Positions 7,812 to 13,109 of a stretch of 13,109 bases of DNA are shown here, piece by piece. The DNA lies in the NCBI RefSeq assembly GCF_000334495.1, contig NW_006159661.1, forward strand, positions 881,702-894,810. Direction: 5' to 3'. Position 1 is the first letter of the stretch. Each line of letters starts with the position of its first letter. Source of the DNA: Tupaia chinensis. Lineage: Eukaryota. A program made the position numbers and the translations under genes. The notes beneath the pieces are model-generated. The model was not told where the DNA came from and searched no databases. It was given only the letters and a program-made list of their open reading frames with translations.

Positions 7812-7822
7812 GCTGAGTCAGC
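7812..7822. promoter_or_regulatory. Palindromic MARE/NF-E2-AP-1 type motif GCTGAGTCAGC
   Basis: The sequence ggctgagtcagcc contains the TGAGTCA TRE core flanked by GC, as in the Maf recognition element TGCTGA(G/C)TCAGCA. It sits in a locally GC-rich patch (7740-7880). It could occur by chance. Confidence 0.3.
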
Positions 7823-8674
7823 CCAGCTGGATCCCTGGAGAGGAGAGCAAAGGACAGAGGCCAGCAGGCCTGGCACCTAAAGCCTTTGGACTTCAGTTTT
7901 ACTTCTTATAAAGTAAAGGTGGTTAGTCTTAATTATTTTCAAGATTTCATCCAGACATGGAATTCAATCTCTTCAATGTCAGGTCTACAGTTTATCTCAA
8001 GAGTTGGAAGGTAGCTTCCTTCAGCCTTTAAACAGTAAACAACACACTACACCACAACCAGTTCACACTGCGTTTCTCTTTCTGCCCCCCAGGAGGCACA
8101 CTTAGTCACTCCAGTGTAGACACACAAGTGAGTCACGACAGTGTGCTTTTTGCAAACACACAATGCACTGTGACTCTTCTCCCGGTCTGAAGTCCTTTCT
8201 ATTTCAGTCTAATGGCTGTGTTCTCATAGAATATACTGCACAGAGTGAGGACATTGTCCTGACACGGACTGGACAATCCGCCAGCTCCCAGACTTGGAGA
8301 AGACTGGGCGGGGTGGCTGGCGCCTCCCATCGCAATTTCTCCCGCTTTCCCTCCTTGCCTCGCTGTCAATCTTCTCTGCTGACTCTAACCGAGACCTGTT
8401 CCAAAGGCATGATGTTTATCACACAGTTGTTTATGGGATTTGGAAATACCTGGGGGGTTAATAAAAAGGAAAATTTTCCACCATTTCCCTCAATGTCACT
8501 CTGTAGCTTTTTCTTCTGCTGACGAGGTAAGCACTTGACTTTCAAGCAGAAGGTACAATTTGCAAATATTCCCACAGTCATCCTGTAAAACACAAAAAAG
8601 TTTTATGTCATAGTTTTTAAGAACTCTTTTCTCAGGGAATATAGGTGAGAGTGAATTTAGAATTGTTCTATACA

Positions 8675-8897
8675 GGACCAGTAATTGGTGTAATGGTTAT
8701 ATCACTGGACTCCCATGTAGTCAACCACAGTTCAAGTCCCGGACCTGGTGGCTTAAACTCACGCCAGGTGCATGTGCATGTGTGCCCAAGATCCCGAGAA
8801 GAGAGTGGAGGAGAAGGGATTGTGGTGTGGCCGTCTCCCCTGGGGGTGGTTTCTGGCTTTCTGTCTCTCTATCACAAAAAAAAAAAAAAAAAAAAAA
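8675..8897 (+). mobile_element. Long-family SINE, intermediate age, with a 22-nt poly(A) and TSD
   Basis: The head reads ggaccagtaattggtgtaatggttatatcactggactcccatgtagtcaaccacagttcaagtcccggacctggtggcttaaactcacgccaggtgcatgtgcatgtgtgcccaagatcccgagaagagagtggaggagaagggattgtggtgtggccgtctcccc. A22 follows at 8876-8897. The TSD agaattgttcta(t)aca sits at 8659-8674 and 8897-8912. Confidence 0.9.
8876..8897. repeat. A22 homopolymer (SINE poly(A) tail)
   Basis: The A-run can be read directly. Confidence 0.95.
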
Positions 8898-8931
8898 GAA
8901 TTGTTCTACATGCAAACTGGGAAAATAGGGC

Positions 8932-9209
8932 ATTATTTTATTTTATTTTATTTTATTATTTTATTTTATTTTATTTTAGACAGAGATTTTTGCTATAGGG
9001 CTTGTGCTATAGGGGGGAGAGAGAGGGAGAGAGAGAGAGAGAGAGAGAGCCAGAAAGCAATAAATCACTCCCCAGGGGGGATGGCCATGCTGCAATCCCT
9101 TCTCCTCTATTTTCCTCTTGGGATTTTGGGCACATACGCACACATGGTATGAATGTTAAGCCAACGGGTGGGAATTTAGCGACACAGCCATTACACCATC
9201 TGTTGGTCC
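8932..9209 (-). mobile_element. Long-family SINE, old copy with an (ATTTT)n tail complement and an internal deletion in the head
   Basis: The (attttattttattttatt...) tract at 8934-8978 precedes gacagagatttttgctatagggcttgtgctatagggggga(ga)n...ggccatgctgcaatcccttctcc...gcacatacgcacacatggtatgaatgttaagccaacggg...gccattacaccatctgttggtcc. Confidence 0.75.
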
Positions 9210-9240
9210 TGGGCATTACTTTCTAAAAAGATATTTTTAG

Positions 9241-9376
9241 GACTGGCAGGTGGTGTGGTGGTTGAAAAGCTTAACTCCCACGTGGTTGACCATGGTTTGA
9301 GCCCCAAACCTGGAGGCTTGCTTTCTCACTTTCTCTCTCTGGTGAGCATACATGCCCTGCAGCAAATTTTAAAAAA
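9241..9376 (+). mobile_element. Short-family SINE
   Basis: The sequence runs ggactggcaggtggtgtggtggttgaaaagcttaactcccacgtggttgaccatggtttgagccccaaacctggaggcttgctttctcactttctctctctggtgagcatacatgccctgcagcaaattttaaaaaataatac. Confidence 0.85.
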
Positions 9377-9744
9377 TAATACAATTATATACCTAATTAA
9401 AAATGTATTTTAATCATTATCTTAGCAAAAATTGAACTACTCTAGCTTACAATGTGTTTCTAGCTGTTAGACCAATATGACATCAAAAATCTGTATGGGC
9501 TCATAATATACATATAATCTTGTCAATAATATGCATATTAATGAAACATGACAGACTTCAGTTACAGATCAAGTTTGTGGCTCAAGAACATAGAAGCATT
9601 TATTTCTAAATTAAAATGTAATATTATATAATAAATAAATAAGTAAATAATTCTTCTGTGAATTCAAAGACTCACTTTATGTGGATATTTGTGAAGCCCA
9701 TTCTGGAGAAAAATTGGACAACTAGTAATAAAAACATACAACTT

Positions 9745-9998
9745 GGGACCAGCAGTTAGCGTAATGGCTATGTCGCTGGACTCCCATGTAGCCAACCGTG
9801 GTTCAAGTCCCAGACCCGGTGGCTTAAACTCACGCCGCGCGCTTGTGCGTGCGTGTCCAAGATCCCGAGAGGAGAATGGAGAAGGGATTGCAGTGTGGCC
9901 ATCCCCCCTGGGAGGTGATTTCTCACTTTCTGTCTCTCTGTCTCTCTGTCTTTCTGGCAAGCACATGTGCCCTATAGCAAAAATCCCTCCAAAAAAAA
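9745..9998 (+). mobile_element. Long-family SINE, young CpG-intact copy with a TSD
   Basis: The sequence runs gggaccagcagttagcgtaatggctatgtcgctggactcccatgtagccaaccgtggttcaagtcccagacccggtggcttaaactcacgccgcgcgcttgtgcgtgcgtgtccaagatcccgagaggagaatggagaagggattgcagtgtggccatcccccc...gcaaaaatccctccaaaaaaaaa. The TSD atacaactt sits at 9736-9744 and 9999-10007. Confidence 0.9.
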
Positions 9999-10105
9999 AT
10001 ACAACTTATGTTTAAGTGAAATTTATATTTGTATTTATACAGTTGACGCTTGAACAATGCAGGAGTTGAGGACACCAAAATTCCCCACAAGTAAAAATCC
10101 ACATA

Positions 10106-10343
10106 TAACCTGTTTTTAGTTTGCTAGAGGGCACGTGAGCTGGCCAGAGAAAGAGAAACAGAGAGAGAAAAAGCAACCCCAGTGAGGCACAGCCATGCCA
10201 CAATCCCTTCTCCATTTCTCCATTTGGTTGGGAGTTTGGGTACACACACACACATGCACCCAGTGTGATTTTCCAGCCTCTGGGGCCAGGACTGGAGCCA
10301 TGTGGGAACCCAGCTACCATAACCACCAGGCCACAGCTGGCCC
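10106..10343 (-). mobile_element. Long-family SINE, old copy
   Basis: The sequence runs tttttagtttgctagagggcacgtgagctggccagag...cacagccatgccacaatcccttctcc...ggtacacacacacacatgcacccagtgtgattttccagcctctgggg...ccaccaggccacagctggccc. Confidence 0.8.
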
Positions 10344-10616
10344 TGAATATAACTTTTAATCCCCCCCAAACTTAACTGCTAATAGCTTACTGTTGACTAA
10401 GCCTCACCTATGACATAAACAACTGATTAGCCCATATTTGTATGCTATATGTATATGTATCATGTACTGTTTCCTTACCACAAAGTAAGCTAGAGAAAGC
10501 AAATGCTATTCAGCAAATCATAAGGAAGAGAAAATACATTTACAATATTTACTGAAAAAAATCCACCTATACATAGGCCCACGCAGTTCAACCTGGTGTT
10601 GTTCAAGAGTCAAATG

Positions 10617-10618
<2 letters not shown>

Positions 10619-10656
<38 letters not shown>
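10619..10656. repeat. (CA)19 microsatellite
   Basis: The sequence cacacacacacacacacacacacacacacacacacaca can be read directly. Confidence 0.95.
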
Positions 10657-10657
<1 letters not shown>

Positions 10658-10667
10658 TAGAATGCAT

Positions 10668-10915
10668 TTGAAGCTGGCTCTGTGGCCTGATGGTTGAGGC
10701 AGTCTGATCCCACATGGCCCCATGGGGTAGTTAACCTCTCAGACCCAGAGTGAGTGAGGCCACATGACGGCATGCGTGCACATGAATCCCAAAATCCCAG
10801 AAGGAGGGACAAATGGAGAAGGGATCACAGAGTTACCACTCTCCATGGGGAGGGCTTCCACCTCTCCCTCTGTCTCTCTTTGACAAGCAAACGCACTCCC
10901 TAGCTAAAAACAAGA
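10668..10915 (+). mobile_element. Long-family SINE, old diverged copy
   Basis: The sequence runs ggctctgtggcctgatggttgaggcagtctgatcccacatggccccatgggg...ggcatgcgtgcacatgaatcccaaaatcccagaaggagggacaaatggagaagggatcacagag...ctccctctgtctctctttgacaagcaaacgcactccctagctaaaaacaagag. Confidence 0.75.
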
Positions 10916-11879
10916 GAATGAATTTGAAATTAATGTAATTTTTATTATACCATACATTCTCGCATATGGTAAATAAATACTTTTCAGAATGATAAGCATA
11001 TTTTGAATTAAAAGTATTTAACAATGAACTAACAAATGATGAGATAGGGAAATTAATCCCCAGTAGCTATTTGTCAGTTTTAAAAACCATAGTCACATCT
11101 AGCAGCTTCCTCAGAATAAGCTGCCCAGGTCCAATGCTGACTGAGGAGCAGGACAGACTCGGGTCGCACACTGCCCACCTACTTTCCATAGCCAGCGCCC
11201 GAGGTCTGCAGGGGAGCCTCGGGGGTCCTGAGAACGCAGGGCTAAACCAGGTATCGGAGCCTCGTTTCCTCTCCGCCCTGCCTGAGCTGAGATATCCCAC
11301 TCTTCCAGGCCTGAGGCTCGAGTCTTTCTTGTCCTTTCACCCTGTGGGTAATAGGTAGTGGCACCAGATTGCAGACACAATGCCACTGCCTCACTGACAC
11401 CTCACCAAATTTCACCTGCACCTCAGTCATGCAACGTTCCCACCTAGGCCTCAGCATTTCCTCTTGGAAGGTGATGGCTGCTGCCCAGCCTTCCTCGACC
11501 GCCCTGCAGACTATCCTTTATTCCCTAAGCCCTGCGGCCAGCGGCATCTTGGGCCATTACTGCACCTAAATACAACAATCTGTCCCACTGACGCTCTGGC
11601 TCAGGTGCCCCTCAGCAGGCTCCTGACTCTTTGCCCGCTTCTGCCCATCCCTGCCTCTAGTCTTCTCCACATTGTAGCTTGAGTATCACGTTTTTGGGAA
11701 AAAAATATATTTCAAAACAAACAGTGTCCTTATTAAAGCGTTCTCTAAATACAGAGTTCACAGGCATTCTCCACATGCTGATTATGTATGGAGAGAATTC
11801 GGCAGACATCAGGCTTGCGCTGGTTATACTCCAAGGCAAATCTGCGCAGGTCATTTCAGCCTGTCTTCCTGCCTAGCTC

Positions 11880-12135
11880 TTTCCCAAAACGACGCGTACC
11901 GAGTGTCTTCCATCCAAAGACAACCGGGCGCACTCAGCACTCCCGGCTGCTCTAGAAACGGTCAGAGCAAGCGGCTTCCTGCCCCACAGGTCCAGGTCCG
12001 TCAGGGGCGTTTCCCCCTCCTGGCGAGCTCCGGTGTCTCGCTCCTTCCAGGTCGTCCCGGAGCCCTCCTCTGATTGGCTTCCCTGTTTCGATCACACACC
12101 CGCTCTGCGATCATTGGCTGTTCTCCACCCTTTAA
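11880..12135 (-). promoter_or_regulatory. CpG-rich core promoter candidate with two NF-Y-type CCAAT boxes 40 bp apart
   Basis: On the + strand, ctgATTGGct sits at 12071-12079 and gatcATTGGctg at 12109-12120. On the minus strand these read aagCCAATcag and cagCCAATgat, which fit the RRCCAATSR consensus. They are surrounded by CpG-dense sequence (gacgcgtaccgag, ccgggcgcac, ggcgagctccgg) and a GC-box-like ggggcg. No TATA box is present. Confidence 0.5.
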
Positions 12136-12479
12136 CCACAACTTTTTCAGGAAGGCCACCCTGGGCGAAAGGCTGTGCCTAGTTTATGTTAATACACCTA
12201 GAATTCAGATCTCTTTTGATAAACAAGCATTAAAAAATGCTTAGTTACCAAAAACTCCTTCACACATGGATTAAACCCAGGGTTATAAAAAACCTTATTT
12301 ACATATTTGTACCCAAATGACATCCATAACGCACCTCCCTAACGGGATTATTAAACCCCTACAAAGCAGTTGGTTCCACTCCTGCCCCGGGGCAAGTCAT
12401 AGATAATGGAAGAATTTGCAACACATAAACTTTCAGAGTGAATTTATCCTTTATCATAACGCCACGTTTGGAATATTGT

Positions 12480-13109
12480 TGTAAATTTACTGTCTTTTAG
12501 CAGCCCAGAACCGAAAGCGTGAGCGACTATTTAGCTGCGCCGCGGTTTTCTACAAATCAGGATCTGGCGTCTCGGTTCTCTGGAAACCATCGGCCTTCCC
12601 CCTCATAACTTGCAGATTGACAATTTTGTGTGCTTGCTCAACAAGCACATCGTTTCTATCATTGTGATCCGATTACGACTTCAGGTTTCATTTCCTGATT
12701 CACCACCTCCGTCCTTTTGCACAAGAGTCCTAACTTTCAGAAAGAGGACAGGTAGTTTCGCACGTTGGAAACAAGCAGCACGCATCTACTGCGATCTTTG
12801 ATTCCCCAGAGGGCGAGAGAGATGCGGACACCGGAATCCGAGTGCCGGCTCCTATCTGCGCCTCAGCCCAGGTGTCAGGTCACAGGGAAGGCGCCGAGGC
12901 GCAGAGCCGCACTCCCGCTCCGACCTCGCTGCCACCTACAGCAGCTGACTGGCCAAGGACAACTGCGCGACCACTACAGCGAAGGCGCGGTGCAGAGCGT
13001 GTAGGTCACCTCCCGGCAACTACCAGGACCCTCGGCGGGGACTCGCCTGGGAGAGGAACTGCCAGCCACCCTGCGGCGCCCACGCACCTGCCAGAGGATC
13101 CGGCCGGCT
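12480..13109. promoter_or_regulatory. CpG island that continues beyond the window end; probable 5' region or first exon of a gene
   Basis: CpGs are dense throughout (gcgccgcgg, gcgtctcgg, gccgaggcgcagagccgcactcccgctccgacctcgc, gcgcgaccactacagcgaaggcgcgg, cggcggggactcgcc, ggatccggccggct). There are no SINEs. The ORFs here (e.g. 12765-13004) are Arg/Pro-rich compositional artefacts. Confidence 0.55.

Noticed and set aside
8082-8126. 36-nt segment on the + strand between a tttctctttctgccccccag| acceptor-like site and an AAG|gtgagt donor-like site
   Set aside because: The frame in phase with the 7580-7663 candidate hits a stop after 8 codons. Splice-like motifs this short occur by chance, and there is no supporting coding signal.
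8163-8528. 119-aa + strand ORF followed by GAG|gtaagc
   Set aside because: Its composition is unremarkable and I recognise no homology. The stop codon precedes the donor-like site. The alternative frame that would read into the donor is open for only 38 codons. I judge it a chance ORF.
158-9998. tRNA-like heads with box A/box B-like motifs (e.g. ggttcaagtccc, ggttcgg attccc) as possible tRNA genes
   Set aside because: None folds into a cloverleaf with a paired 7-bp acceptor stem and 3' discriminator. Each continues into the SINE body and A-rich tail. They are tRNA-derived SINE promoters, not tRNA genes.
515-10369. Many 60-150-aa ORFs on both strands sharing peptide motifs such as MEEKGLRHDHPPWGVISRFLSLCLS, AIPSPPFSSWDLGHA and MGPAVSVMAMSLDS (e.g. 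515-898, 2358-2801, 2651-2938, 3589-3813, 5678-5914, 8645-8998, 9664-9966, 10124-10369)
   Set aside because: They are translations of different copies of the same SINE, in both orientations. The repetition of the 'protein' tracks the repeat, and the copies carry stops or frameshifts at varying positions. They are not genes.
1-10915. Regularly recurring ~250-bp repeats that could superficially suggest a CRISPR-like array
   Set aside because: The units are 150-260 bp and occur in both orientations. They have poly(A) tails and target-site duplications, and the intervening sequences are of arbitrary length. These are eukaryotic SINE retroposons, not CRISPR repeats.
11067-11682. Cluster of mutually overlapping 65-95-aa ORFs on both strands
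   Set aside because: Overlapping ORFs in all frames within GC-rich DNA are a compositional effect of stop-codon depletion. The peptides are Pro/Ser/Leu/Arg-rich with no domain resemblance.
12765-13004. 79-aa ORF (METSSTHLLRSLIPQRAREMRTPESECRLLSAPQPRCQVTGKAPRRRAALPLRPRCHLQQ...)
   Set aside because: It is Arg/Pro/Ala-rich, typical of CpG-island translation. It may overlap a real 5'UTR or first exon, but nothing in the sequence supports this frame as coding.

Overview
This window is mammalian nuclear DNA, not a prokaryotic locus. There are no operon-like ORFs, no CRISPR array and no genuine tRNA or rRNA genes. I cannot assign the species from memory.

The first ~10.9 kb is saturated with tRNA-derived SINE retroposons, about 21 copies and roughly 45% of that stretch. 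They fall into two related families. One is ~150 bp. The other is ~255 bp and carries an extra CpG-rich central module.

Several copies of the long family are young. Their CpG dinucleotides are intact and they are flanked by perfect 12-15 bp target-site duplications. Older copies show progressive CpG to TpG/CpA decay.

Three identifiable non-repeat features sit between the SINEs:
- An intronless, 5'-truncated retrocopy of BTF3L4 (NAC-beta family) lies on the minus strand. It carries two frameshifts and a premature stop, and it retains an AATAAA signal followed by a 17-nt poly(A) tail. I call it a processed pseudogene.
- A 202-nt minus-strand segment (6534-6735) is open in exactly one frame. 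It is bounded by a textbook 3' splice acceptor (ttttttttcttag|) and 5' donor (|gtaagt), so it is a candidate internal coding exon of an unidentified gene.
- The 3' ~2 kb (11.07-13.1 kb) is SINE-free, GC- and CpG-rich, and holds two NF-Y-type CCAAT boxes 40 bp apart. It is most likely a CpG-island promoter and 5' region. The twin boxes read CCAAT on the minus strand, which would put the exon at 6.5-6.7 kb on the same strand as this promoter.

Microsatellites are also present: (GT)28, (CA)19, (CT)n/(GA)n, (ATTTT)n and A22.

I see no evidence for a novel defence or biosynthetic system. The interesting biology is recent retroposon activity, insertion hot-spot behaviour, a retropseudogene, and a probable promoter plus exon of an unannotated minus-strand gene.
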